From NCBI RefSeq assembly GCF_001194135.2, contig NC_068999.1, positions 28,394,049 through 28,446,498 of the forward strand: a stretch of DNA of 52,450 nt, written 5' to 3'. The DNA is from Octopus bimaculoides. Taxonomy: Eukaryota. The translations under genes and the position numbers were made by a program. Under the pieces are notes generated by a model that was not told the origin of the DNA, ran no database searches, and saw only the letters and a program-made list of their open reading frames with translations. Below are positions 36,430-48,609 of this stretch, one piece after another. Numbering within the stretch: the stretch's first letter is position 1; the number at the start of each line of letters is the position of its first letter.

Positions 36430-39400
36430 AACCTTATATATGTATTTACTGATATCTGCACTAACACTGCCTGTACAGCACCTATGTCCAGCAGAAGTAG
36501 CAAGTGTGACATGAATGATGCTGGATTAAATGCAAGGACAACTGCGATGATATGTCTGTTGGCAAATGCTCATTACAACCTTCTTTTCAGATGCCGATAC
36601 CCACAGCTACTCCTTCTCATACTACCTCCTGCGACATTCCCTCAGATTCAGAACTGTCAATGTAAGCATATTGAGATGTAGGTTTGGTGAGATCGTTGAG
36701 ATGCTTGAAAGATGTGTTGAAGTGTGCTGCATGCAAGTCATTTGGTGGAGAGGAACTTCAGCCAGGTTCTGCACTGGTAAAAAGCATAGGTATAAATTCT
36801 TCTGGGAGGGCAACAGTGACAGGGTAGGAGGTGCTGGCAGACTTCTAGCAGAGAAATGGGTAAATAAAGTGACTGAAGTAGTCAGAGTATGTGATAGGGT
36901 ACTTAAGCGTAGACTAGTTTTGTGAAATAGCACAGCAACAATCATCTCAGCCTACACCCTCCAACTGGGTCTACCAAATGAACAAAAAGACTGCTTTTAT
37001 GACACTCTTTTGCAAGCCACTTTGAAGATAAATGACAGTGACCTTATCTTCGTAGCTGGTGATTTCAATGGACATGTTGGTCAACACCCAGGTGTCTTCC
37101 ATAGAGTGCATGGAAGCTATGGAATTGGTTCCTGAAATGAGGAGGAAACAAGGTTACTGGAGTTCTGTGATGCAAATGACCTAATGATCTACAACACCAA
37201 CTTCAAAAAGCCAGCCAGTCATCTAATAACCTACAAATCTGGTGACCATGCTAGCCAGATTAACTACATTCTCACCAGAAAGTGGGATTCATGGCTGCTC
37301 ATAAATGCAAAAACAACTTGCTGAAAGTCACAGACCAAATTTGTGGTTGGTGCAAAGTCCCAACCAGGCCTAGGGTGATGTGATGGTGGAACAGTGTAGT
37401 TGACAGGCCCATTAGAGCAAAGAATCAGGGCTGGAAGGGTGGCAGTAGCAAAGAGCTATATCAGACAGAAGAGAAGCTAGGAAGCAGGTATACTTAGCCA
37501 GGGATGAAGCAAAAAGGAAGAAGTTTGTCAACGTTCTGCAACATGAGGACCAGTGGCTTGAAGTATTTCAGTTTGCAAGACAGTGTGCCAGGCAAAACTG
37601 TGATGTTGTTGGAGAGAGGTGTGTTCATATGAATGATGGTTCACTTGCATTTAGTAGCTGCAAAGAAAGAGGCTTGGAAGTGCCGCTATGAAAGGCTGTT
37701 AAATGTAGAAAATTCATGGGAGAAGGAGAGTCTACCTACTGTGGAGGCAGCAGAGGGACTAACAATCTGAATAGACAGTAGCATGGTAGATAAAGCCATG
37801 AAGGATGTGAAGACCAGGAAAGACCATGGCCAAATATCACCACTGAGATGCTCAAAATATCTGGCATTGTGGGTTATGGTCTAGTTACCCATATAGTTAA
37901 TCAGGTTGCACACAAAGGATTCATACTTAATGACTAGTGTAGCAGCATCATAGGAAAAGGTGACACCTTAGACGGGAATAATTAGAGAGGTATCAAATTG
38001 TTGGATCAGGTGATGAAAGTTACAGAGAGGGTCATAGTCCAACTAATTAGGGAGAGGGTTAGTCTAGATGAGATGCAGCTTGGTTTTGTGGCAGGAAAAA
38101 TCACCACTGATGCTATATTTCCGGTAAGGCAACTACAGGAGAAATACATAGCCAAAAATAAACCTCTGTTCTTGGCTTTTATTGACAGGGTCCCCACTCC
38201 TTTATCTGGTAATCAATGCAGAAACTAGGGATAGACGAGTGGTTGGTGGAAGTTGTACAGAGATGCTGTCAGTAGGGTGAGGGTTGGCAATGAGTATAGC
38301 GATGAATTCAGGGTACGAGTAGGAATTTGCCAAGGATCAGTCCTCAGCTCTCTCTTGTTCATCATAGTTCTCCAGGCGATAGCAGAGGAATTTAAAACAG
38401 GCTGACCTGGGAATGCCTCTGTGTTGATGACCTAGTTATTATAGCTGAATCACTTCCAGAACTAGAGAAGAAATTTCAGGTGTGAAAGCTAGTCTAGAAT
38501 CAAATGGTCTTAGAGTTAATCTAGCAAAAACCAGTCTTAATAAGTAAGAAAGCAGACAAATCACAAATCCCTTCAGGTAGATCTGTAGAAAAGACAAAGG
38601 TAAAAACTCCATAAGAGGTGCAGCTATATCAGAGGAAGGTTAACTGGGTAAATAGTTTTTGTGTGTGGAAGGTGCACTGGTACAATAAACACTAAAATGT
38701 ACAGAAAATAGACCCCATCAAATGCCAGTGGGGTAAGCTAGAGGTAGTTGATAGCTTCCATTAACTAGGTATCTATTAAGTCAGTAGTGGATGTGGATGC
38801 TCTGAGAGCGTAGCTTCTATAATAAGAATAGGCTGAAGCAAAAAGGAAGAAGTTTGTCAACGTTCTGCAACATGAGGACCAGTGGCTTGAAGTATTTCAG
38901 TTTGCAAGACAGTGTGCCAGGCAAAACTGTGATGTTGTTGGAGAGAGGTGTGTTCATATGAATGATGGTTCACTTGCATTTAGTAGCTGCAAAGAAAGAG
39001 GCTACCTCTATTGGTAACAATGGGCCTCTCCCTCAGAGTGAAAGGCAAACTGTATGAGGCCTGTGTGCGAGCACCCATACTACACAGCAGTGAAACATGG
39101 ACTGTGACCATGAAGGACATGCATAGGTTTGAAAGAAATGAAGCTAGTATGCTTCGCTGGATGTGCAATGTCAGTGTGCATGTATAACAGAGTGTAAGCA
39201 TCTTGAGAGAAAAGCTGGGCATAAGAAGTATCAGATGTGGTGTGCAAGAGGGTCGACCATACTGGTATGGTCATGTGATGTGCATGGACAAGGACAGGTG
39301 TGTAAAAAAGTGCTGATTTCTAACTGTGGAAGAAGTAGACCCAGGAAGACATGGGACAAGGCGGTGAAACAAGATCTTCGAAAGTTCAGCCTCGTGGAGG

Positions 39401-39795
39401 CAATGGTAAGTGACTGAGACCTTTGGTGATATGCCATGCTTGAGAAGACCTGTCAAGCCAAGTGAAATTGTAGTCATGGCTAGTGCTGGTGTCACATAAC
39501 AGGCACACATGCTAATGGCACATAAAAAGCACCATTTGAACAATGGACCCCACTGAAGCGATATGCTCTGCTTGAGAAGACTTGTGAAGCTAAATGAAAT
39601 TGGAGTATTGGCCAATGCCAGTGTCACATAACTGGCACATAAAAAGCATCCATTGCCTTCTTGGTGTGGTTGGCATTAGGAAGGGCATCCAGCTGTAATA
39701 ACCATGTCAAATCAGATGGTGCAGCTCATCAGTTTCAGTCAAACTATCTAACCCCTTCCACCATGGAAAGCAGACACTAAATGATGATGATAATG
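36430..39795 (+). mobile_element. Near-full-length RTE-clade LINE, decayed
   Basis: Endonuclease (EIVEMLER..VCCMQ..WRG; FVAGDFNGHVG), RT (LDEMQLGFVAGKITTDAIF) and the 3' tail ending in (GAT)n at ~39790; many stops. Confidence 0.9.
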
Positions 39796-39811
39796 ATATA
39801 ATATCATATTG

Positions 39812-39990
39812 TATCATCATCATTTAATATCTATTTTCATACTAGCATGGGTTGGACAGTTTAACAGGATCCAGTGAGCTGCAAGGTTGCATTGTATTCC
39901 AATGATATCAAGCTGACCTTTCTAATGCCATTCACTTTATAGAGTGTACAGGGTACTTTTTTCATTCCATCAGCACTAGTGAGGTTGGCA
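39812..39990 (-). mobile_element. RTE 3' tail, tail-to-tail with the preceding element
   Basis: CATCATCATTTAATATCTATTTTCATACTAGCATGGGTTGGACAG is the reverse complement of the RTE tail. Confidence 0.7.
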
Positions 39991-40809
39991 TGTAAACTTG
40001 CAAGACAGATAAAGAACAAAGAAAAAAAGAAAAAGTTCCCTCTACTAAGAGGGGAGTATCTGAGAGGAAAAGGTGGAGGTGACTTTATGCGTGGTATCAA
40101 AAAGCTCAAATATGATGGAGGGACAAACACAGGTGTCTTTCTAAAGAAGATACACAGGTGTATGGTTGAAGAAGATAAAAAAGAACATAGTAATGAAGGT
40201 ACTAGAACAAACTCTCAAGGGTGCACATAAGAGAAGATACAGATAGTGGGTCATGGACGGTGGAGAGTAACAAATAGGTAAAGATGGGGTAGAGGTGAAT
40301 ATAGGAAATACCAGTAAGGTGAGGTATATAGGAATGACTCGGGGAAGGGAAATAGATCAGAAAGTAATGGGATGATGTGCAAGGTGTCTGAGCATTGGAG
40401 TGGGGGAGATATAGGAGTACATAAGGGGCTATAGTAAGCGGGGCATGATGATAGATTTGAGAGGGCATTAAGAATAATAGCAAATAAGGGGGGTGTTAAG
40501 AATGGAGTATAGTGGATGGGGAGAGAACAGTGGCTGAAGGTATAGCAAGAAGGTGATTGGTAGAAATAATGTTGGCAGGGATGATAATGAAGAAAAGAAG
40601 TGGTTTCCAAGAGAGAGGAGGCAAGTAGAAAGGAGGGGATATAATATGTGCTAATTCTACCCTCAGGTGATTACTGCAGCCAAGTACTACCATAGATAAG
40701 GAAGTGTTAGGTGTTTGGGAATGAGAATTGAGGAAATTGCTTGAAACAGCAAAGAGAAAGGAGTTGGGTGCAGGAACTTACACACAAGTATACCAACTAG
40801 TTTTAGGAT

Positions 40810-41795
40810 ATTATTTTTCCTATGATGGACAAGTCTTCTCAAGTACAGTAAATCACTGATTGGAACTCTGTAATTTCTGTGAAGCTCAATACTTCACCCC
40901 ATGTCTTCCTGGGTTTCCCTCTTCTATAGGTTCCATCATTTATAAGTGATTGGCACTTCCTTATGCAACTGTCTTCATCCATATGGATCACTTGACCAAA
41001 CCAGCACAGTCTTCTCTCTTGCACACTACATCTAATTCCTCTTATGCCTAACTTTTTCTCTCAATACATTAGCCCTTTGTCATACATGCACACTGACATT
41101 ACACATCCAATGGAGCACACTAGCTTCATTCCATTCTGATTTTCACATGTCATGTCTTCTGCATCTCAGTACCATATAGCATTGCTGTATGTACACAAGC
41201 ATCATATAATCTTTCACTCAGTGAGAGGTCTTTTGTTACCAACATAGCTAATAGCTATCTGAACTCTTTCTCTATCCTATTCTTATTCTAGCAACTACAA
41301 TTTCAGAGCATTCTTCTCCACTGTCAATTAGGTTACCTAGGTAGCAGGAATTATTTACTAGTTCTAAGGCATTTGAGAAAATCAATTTCCTATATATCCT
41401 TAGTCTTTAAGGTATCTGTGCATCTTCCACATCAAACCCTAATTTCTCCATTAATCTTGTGATTCCACTATACATCAAAAAGGACCATTTACCTGATGGA
41501 GGTAGACTTTTGTCTATTTTCTTGTTTACTAAACTTTTGGTCTTCACTGAGTTAATTTTAAGGCCCTTCAATTCAAGGTTTTGCTTCCACATCTGGAATT
41601 TCTTTTCTAATTCTGTTACAGATTCTGCTATGAGAGCAAAATTGTAGTATATCATAGTTCTCAGGGGCAGTCAGTTTTGAATTCTTCTCTTATGACCTAA
41701 AGGACAATAATGAATAGGAGGGACTGAGAACTAAGCCCTGGTGAACACCTACTGTACACTAAATTTGTCACTGTACTCATGGCTAACTTTCAACT
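40810..41795 (-). mobile_element. RTE LINE 3' half, decayed
   Basis: ORFs 40839-41024(-) ERRLCWFGQVIHM...RRGKPRKTWGEV and 41407-41655(-) IAESVTELEKKFQMWKQNLE. Confidence 0.85.
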
Positions 41796-41829
41796 TGGAC
41801 TGATTGTTAATTGTGTATATCATATATGT

Positions 41830-43640
41830 ATCGGACCTGTACTATAATTCTCTGAATTTGTGTCTGTATACAATAAAGTTGACTACTTTACAGTACTTTG
41901 AAAACTGCCTCAACAAAGACAAGTCATTTTTCAAAAAACACAGTTCTGTGATGGGTGACTTTCCCAATGTGAACTAGCCTACATTTATAGTATGAATTTT
42001 CACAAAGCAGAATAGAGAACGATATTCAAAACACACTCCTACAAAACTCATTAGCAAAAATTGAATTGAGCTCTCAAGTGACCACCCTCATCAGTAAAAT
42101 CAAAAGACTAAATAAAAATCAATTAAAATACTACCACCAACAGTATCCACTATCAACAGCAACAGTAACACTTGAGTTGAAAAGATATCTGCAGAACAGC
42201 ATAGAAATGTACCTCAACAACCAAAGGGCTGCAAAAGAAGACAGAGTTAATAAGAAAATCAAACACAGCCCAAAAGTGTTCTATTCATTTACCAACGAAA
42301 ATAGGATCACTACCCCACCTGTCAGTTGATAGATGATGACAGCATTCTCCACAATGATGTTAAAGAAGGGGCAGAGATTTCAAAGAAACAAAATATTGCT
42401 CTGTCTTCAGTGATCCTACTAAAGTTGATTTTGGCTATTTCAATGAAGTCAAGACCCAACATATCACCTCTAACACAACTTTCAATACTTCAAACATCAT
42501 TGCAGCAATATACAAAATCAAACATTACACTGAAGTTGGCCCCCATAGATTTCCTGCTTGTTTCCTGAAGAAATGCATCTACTAGCATTCCCTCTTACCA
42601 ATCTCTGGAGATGTGGGATATATACCAAAACATTTCTAATTCCAACCTGTCATCCCCATCTTCTAAAAGGGACCCAAGTCCAATCACTTATCAAAATATT
42701 TGAAAGGGCAGTGACATCAAGAATAACTGAAGAGTAACAATGTTGCAGAAACAGCCTAACACTAATATCATATATCTTAACTTCAGCAAAGCCTTCAACA
42801 GAATTGGCCACATTTTACTGTTAAAACTGTCCAACATCAAAAGCTACTGCCCTGGATCAAGTATTTCCTGCTGAGCTGAACTTAAAATATTGTGATCAAT
42901 GGAATCCACTCAAGCCCAACAAAAGTTGCCATGGTATTCCCCAAGGGACACTGTTGGGCTCACTTCTCTTCATAATATATATATATAAGCAGCATCTCAA
43001 ATGTCATCAGGCACAGTAAAATAAAAATATTCAAGCATGGAGAAGATGAAACGAAACTCCTGTCTGATCTATATGCCATAAGTCAATGGGGAAATAAATA
43101 AATAAGGGAAAATCTGAACTTGTGCACTTTAGAAAGGAGGATGTGCTCAATGATAATCTCTTTCTTAAGAGGCTTAGGGTTAGGGTTAGGGTTAGAGCGC
43201 TCATATCAACAATAAAGTTGTTATGGCTTGCAAAATGAGCCCCAGATAGCCAGATATTATCATTCACCATTTCTCCTCCTTTGTACAGTCACACTAGAAT
43301 ATTGTTGCTCCTGTGGTCTTTCCATACCAAACAAAACAGTCTGAAAATGAGGCACCTCAAAGAATCATTAAAAAATAAATAAATGGCATGATAGATCTTG
43401 ATTGAGACACTAAAACTCTCTTTTTCCCAGCACTGTTATGAGTGCTACAGATCCAATGTACCCACTGAACAAATCAGGTTCACAACATATAAACCACATT
43501 GCAATATAATTACTCAAATAGCCCTTCTCTATTTAATATCAGAAACAAATCAAAGAAGTAAAAGATCTCATAACCTTCAAACAATATCAACACAAATTTC
43601 TTTAAGGGATTCCAGGCAAACCACTGGATATATTTCAGTA
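41830..43640 (+). mobile_element. CR1/L2-group LINE, decayed
   Basis: Remnants MGDF, IKHSPKVFYSF, IIYLNFSKAFNRI and GIPQGTLLGSLLFIIYI in the expected order. Confidence 0.75.
43174..43197 (+). repeat. Short interstitial telomeric tract (TTAGGG)3 TTAGAG
   Basis: TTAGGGTTAGGGTTAGGGTTAGAG read directly. Confidence 0.85.
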
Positions 43641-43894
43641 CTCTCTACTTGAATGAGTCATAATGACAGAAAACTTGACTTAACAAGATGATTTAGCAAA
43701 TTCTAACAGATGCTGCTATTAAATTAGACTGGACCAATTTTGGCCAAAACATGTGTGCGTGAATGAAAGATTAGACACCTGACCAATATATTCCTAACTA
43801 AGCCTTCTATGATGTACCTACGATGACTAGAGAGCCTATGGACCTGGTGGAAGCTCTCATTGACTTTATGGTAAGGATAGTATAGTTCTAAATC

Positions 43895-45703
43895 TACAGG
43901 GTTTAGACAGTATTCATTCACATAATGATTAACCCATCATTACTATCATTTAAGGCCCATTGTCCTTGCTGGCATGGGTTGGAAAGTTTGACCAGGGCTG
44001 GTAAGCTGACAGGCTGTACCAGACTCTAGTTTGATTTGGCATGGTTTCTATGGCTGGATGCCCTTCCTAACACCAGCCACTCCAAGAGTGTAATGGGTAC
44101 TTTTACGTACCACTGGCATGGGTGCCAGTTGCATGACACCATGACTTCTCAAGCACAGTATGTTGCCAAGGGTCTTGGTCATTTGTCATTCCCCAACATT
44201 CAGAAGGTGCTTTTTATGTGCCACCACTACGGGTGGCAGTTACATGACACCAGCATCAGCCATGACTACAATTTCACTTGGCTTGATGGATCTTTTCAAG
44301 TATGGCATAACACCAAAGGTTTTGATCACTAGTCGTTACCTCTGTGAAGTCCAACGTTCAAAGATCATGCTTCACCACCTTGTCCCATGTCTTCTTGGGT
44401 CTACCTCTATAACAGGTTCCCACTACAGTTAGAGATCAACACTTCTTTACACAGCTGTCCTCGTCCATACTCATCACATGACCTTACCAGCACAGTCATC
44501 TCTCTTACACACTTCATCTGTGCTTTTATTTTTTGAGATATATTAATCAAATTTGGGCCACTTTGTCTTCATGACATATTCTGTCATTCTCACTTGATAA
44601 ACCTGCCTTTGGCCTTAGTGACATCTTCTCAGGACTGGCCATATTCCTTCATCACTATCACTCATTTTAGGTTCCTGATGACCCTGGTAATCCTGACCCT
44701 CAGCTTGTACTTCATGTTGCAGCTGGATTTGTTGGTTTCTCATTTGACTGTGCCCCACACAAAGAATTTTCAGTCAGGTGAGTGGGGAGGCCAAATGTCA
44801 GGTGCTGTGTAATTGAAGAAATTCTTCAACAGCCAGGCCTGGGTCTCCCAGCTGGTGTGGTAGGGTGCAGAGTCTTTCTGTCACATGTACAGCCTCCCTA
44901 CAGCTACCCAGTCAATCCAGAGCTTCACCACCTTGCTCAGAATACAGATGTATCCATTGGTGTTCAACCTGAGGTACACAAGGAAGAAGTGGGGTGGCAT
45001 GATGTCACCTTCACTGCTGATGATACCAAAGACCATGATTGTTGCTGGAAATATCACCTGTATGACTGTGGGCACGTCCCTGGGTGAGACAACAAGCCAT
45101 CTGTGGTTCTGGGAGTTGATCTTCTGGTGTTAGCAGAAATTGTTCTCATTGGAGAAGAACCACATGTCTGGCTCCAGTGGGTGTTTCAATTTGTTGATCA
45201 GCTTCTTTATGTGCTTGGGTCACTTTTCCTGTATAGCCTTGGACAGAAATTGTCCCTTCCTTATCTTGTACAAAAAGTAGCAAATGTCCTCATCCACTAC
45301 CATCTTGATCAGCTTTTCACACCCTCCTCCCATGCAATGGCACACATCAAGTTTTCAGGATCATTGTTGATGATTTTTCCGGATTTCAGTTAGGAATTCT
45401 CAAGTTCTGATGGTGTCAAATCCTGAGTCTTCCAACTCCTTTCTGACCTTTTTCACAATATTTCTGCTGGCATTGAGGAACTCTGAAATCTCCTTGTTTG
45501 TCCTGGTGTGGATTCCAAGGAGGACACCATGCCTCTTCCACAAATTGAAGGGTTCAAAATTTTCCATAGTCAATTATTCTGCAAAAAAATAAAGCATAAA
45601 TGGTTATTGTATTTAAGAAAGAAAAGACCGACAATGAAAGTAAAGAAAATATGCGTAGAAGTAGTAGTTGAAAACTGCAAACGAATACTGTTTGCACCCT
45701 GTA
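43895..45703 (-). mobile_element. maT-like (DD37D group) Tc1/mariner transposon with TA TSD, carrying a nested RTE
   Basis: TA|CAGGGTTTAGACAGTATTC (43895-43915) and GAATACTGTTTGCACCCTG|TA (45683-45703). Transposase remnants IMVFGIISSEGDIMPPHFF and QKDSAPYHTS..WPPHSPD. A small deletion prevents counting the D-D spacing. Confidence 0.85.
43934..44520 (-). mobile_element. 5'-truncated RTE inserted in the maT element
   Basis: Reverse-complement RTE tail (GGCATGGGTTGG...GCTGGATGCCCTTCCTAAC) and RT C-terminus (RPKKTWDKVVKHDL). Confidence 0.85.
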
Positions 45704-46329
45704 GGTCCAGTTTGATATCTAAAAAGTTGACTCTTTTGTTTTCAAACCTCAAATGAGATAGGTTAAAATTTCTGAAAATGACCCAGAGATGTTTTCTCAG
45801 TCTTTCCTGTTCAGATAGTGACTATACAGAGATAGTAAGGAGAGCATTGTTTCTATACAGTCCTCCCCACTCCCCAGGTTCAGGAAGCTTCCCTTGAGTT
45901 TGTAAAATAAAATAAGACCAACCAAGTCAGTGACCTGGGTGGAGCCTGAGGATCCCATAGCTACATTTAACCAATCCATCCTGGATCACCTACACTAAAG
46001 CTCCCTTTGGTAAAGGAGAAGGGTCCTCTTTACTAAAAGGATAACCTGGACCTCATCCTTAGTTGTATCTGTAGTCTTTCTAGCAAAAACAATAGCCTGG
46101 TTGAGTAAAATACAGGAGATTGATGGGTAGTAGTTTTCAGTATCAAACTGCTCAAAATGAGTACTTCTCTTATTATAAAGGTTTTCAAACCAAAATACTA
46201 CTTCTCTCGTAACACTCCCACAAATCATGGTTGACATATCACTTAGCTATGGGAATAACACTATCTTAAATTTTCTTGCTAATATTGTTAATATCAGATT
46301 TATTGAGACTAAACAATCTAATGGAGGGC

Positions 46330-46903
46330 TTCATTAAGAAATCACGCATCTGGTATAAGACAATGAAGGCTTTGGAGAATTGTATGGCTCTATTCTATCA
46401 TCTACTTTGTATTATTTACCAATGTAAATGCCTGATCATTAATAGAAATAATGGTGTTGGATGCAAAAGGCATTGTTTATTGACTATCTTCAAAAAGGCC
46501 TTGCATTCAATGGAGAGTAATAAGCCCATTGCTGGCAGTTTATTGTGCTTGAGAAGACACATCAAGCTAAATAAAATCATACAAGCATGTTTTTTATGGC
46601 TATGCTTCTCACTACCTCTCTCAGTGGAGAGGTTCTCATCTTGTGGGCTTGTGGGTGCTAATGCCACATGCTGGTGCCATGTAAAAGCACTCATGTTGGT
46701 ATCATGTAAAAGCACCCATGCTGGTATCACATAAATGCACCCATGCTGATGCCATGTAAAAAAAACACCATGAAATGGTTGGCATTAGAAAGGGTATCCA
46801 GCCATAGAAACCATGCCAAAACAGACAATTGGGACTTGAGCAGCTCTCTTGCTGGCCAGCTCCCGTCAAACCGTCTAACACATGCCAGCATGGAAAACAG
46901 ACT
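46330..46903 (+). mobile_element. 5'-truncated RTE tail with ~24-bp CATGCTGGTGCCATGTAAAAGCACC repeats
   Basis: Tail ends CATGCCAGCATGGAAAACAGAC; about four diverged 24-bp units at ~46670-46770. Confidence 0.75.
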
Positions 46904-47351
46904 TTGGACCAATCAGCCTGTATTTTTATTGTGGTGGAATTTCCTTAATTTCATCTGATATATCAAAGTATTAGTTTTCTGCAGTATCAGCTCAAGAAAC
47001 TGTTGCTTGCTTGGTGTGGGTACATTTTTGAAGGAGAACCTTACATAGTGTTTTTTATCCCAAAGCTGTATTGGTTCTGGTCAGAAGGACTCACCCATGT
47101 ATGCATTGAATGCTGTTGGGAGGCATTTACATATAGAGGTGTGCATGTATTTGGGCCTCTGTGTGCGTCTACATGTCTAAAGGGATTTATGTTTGTGTGT
47201 GACAATGTCAGACTATCAATTTGAAAGCTATTTCAAATTGTATAACCCTTGCCATGGCTACCAAATTGTATTTTATTTGGTTAAATGCCATAAAATTGTC
47301 AATAGTCCCTTTACTTTCTCCTGGTAATATTTGTCACTGACTCTTTTTACA

Positions 47352-47648
47352 GGCATGATTCTTCTCTGGCTTTACATTCTGAGTTCAAGTACCAGTTGAG
47401 CACTGGGGCCGATGTAATCAAGTAGACCCCCCTCCCACAATTTCAGGTTTTATAATAAGGCAGTGAACTGGCACACCAGACAAAATGCTTAGTGGCATTT
47501 CTTCTGGCTCTTTACATTCTGAGTTCAATTTCCACTGATATCAACTTTGCCTTTCATCCTTCCGGAGTCAATAAAATAAGTACAGCTGATGTTATCAACT
47601 AGCTCACTCCCTCCAAAATTTCAGGACTTGTGCATATAGCAGAAAGGA
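47352..47648 (+). mobile_element. Two adjacent OR-like SINE fragments
   Basis: TTTACATTCTGAGTTCAA occurs twice (~47370 and ~47512); GAAATGCTTAG-like head and CCTCC..AATTTCAGG tail. Confidence 0.7.
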
Positions 47649-47719
47649 CGACAACAACAGTCATCATCATCATCATCATCATCATCAACAACAATGCAAC
47701 AACTTTACAAGAGTAAGAA

Positions 47720-48600
47720 GTCTGTTGGGCTTGGGTGATAGAGTGGCAGTGTTATTTCAGAAATCCTTGGGTGTTTTATGTACAATTCATCTTGGATCTG
47801 GACAGTAAGTTGATGATCCTAGACACAAGTTGCAACAAAGATTGTGCCTGTAGACTAGTGACTGTTTATGTCCCAACAGAGGCCAGAAAGCCAGATTTCT
47901 TCAGATGTTTAAAAGCATTCCTGGGGATGTCTTGATCTCTACTACTACAGGGGGGGGGGGTTAAAATGGCATTCTTGATGCATGGAAGGACCATGTGGGG
48001 TTAGCAAATAGGAGAAAGGGGTTCAAAAGCCCTGAAAACCTGCTCAGAAGTTTCCAGCTGTCTGACAGGAACCAACTGGATTTCCCTGATGTGCCAGTGT
48101 GGACATGGAGCAATCGCAGCAGGTTATCCAAATCAAATCTATATAGAGTATTTGTTAAGTAGTAGATAGGGTTTGTGTAGTTGCTACACAAATCACAAAT
48201 TTGTGATCAGCTTGGTCGACTTAGATTAGACCCAAACTGGGAGTTGAACATGCCCTCACCAATATATAAAGACTAAAAGGCCTGGATTAGTGAATTAGTT
48301 AGGTAGCAGTTGACGGGACATTCATCAACATCTGTTGGTGGGGCACCCAGAAGAGGATGATTTGAGCAAAATCAATAGCTTTTGGTAAAGAGCTAGCAAT
48401 AGGAAGGAATAGATTAGAGGGAGAACTAGTCAGCAATGTAGAAGAGGCAACTAGTGAACACACTGTGACTGATGCGCTACCAGTGGGAAGGACCTTTGAC
48501 CATTTCTTTGAGGCAAAACACAAAAGCTGCATTGTTAGAACTAAGGTCCATGCATGTAAATTAGAGGGAACAAAGAGTTGTCTGATGGATATGAATGGGT
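47720..48600 (+). mobile_element. Tx1/L1-clade LINE endonuclease fragment, decayed
   Basis: VAVLFQKSL, LDLDSKLMILD, RLVTVYVPT..KPDFFRCLKAFLG and a GD(W)NAILD-like segment. Confidence 0.6.
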
Positions 48601-48609
48601 GCAGAGATT

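Larger units (their letters stand above)
43690..46320 (-). mobile_element. Penelope-like element RT remnant, interrupted by a maT transposon (may extend to ~47100 beyond an RTE insertion)
   Basis: Motifs FDTENYYPSIS..LLNQAIVFA, VAMGSSGS..DLVGL and RVNFLDIKLDL on the right. Removing 43897-45703 rejoins the frame: LDLDLELYYPYHKVNESFHQVHRLSSHRRYII. Confidence 0.8.

Noticed and set aside
46670-46770. Array of ~24-bp repeats
   Set aside because: Part of the RTE 3' UTR; similar units occur at 2480-2630 and 39480-39650.
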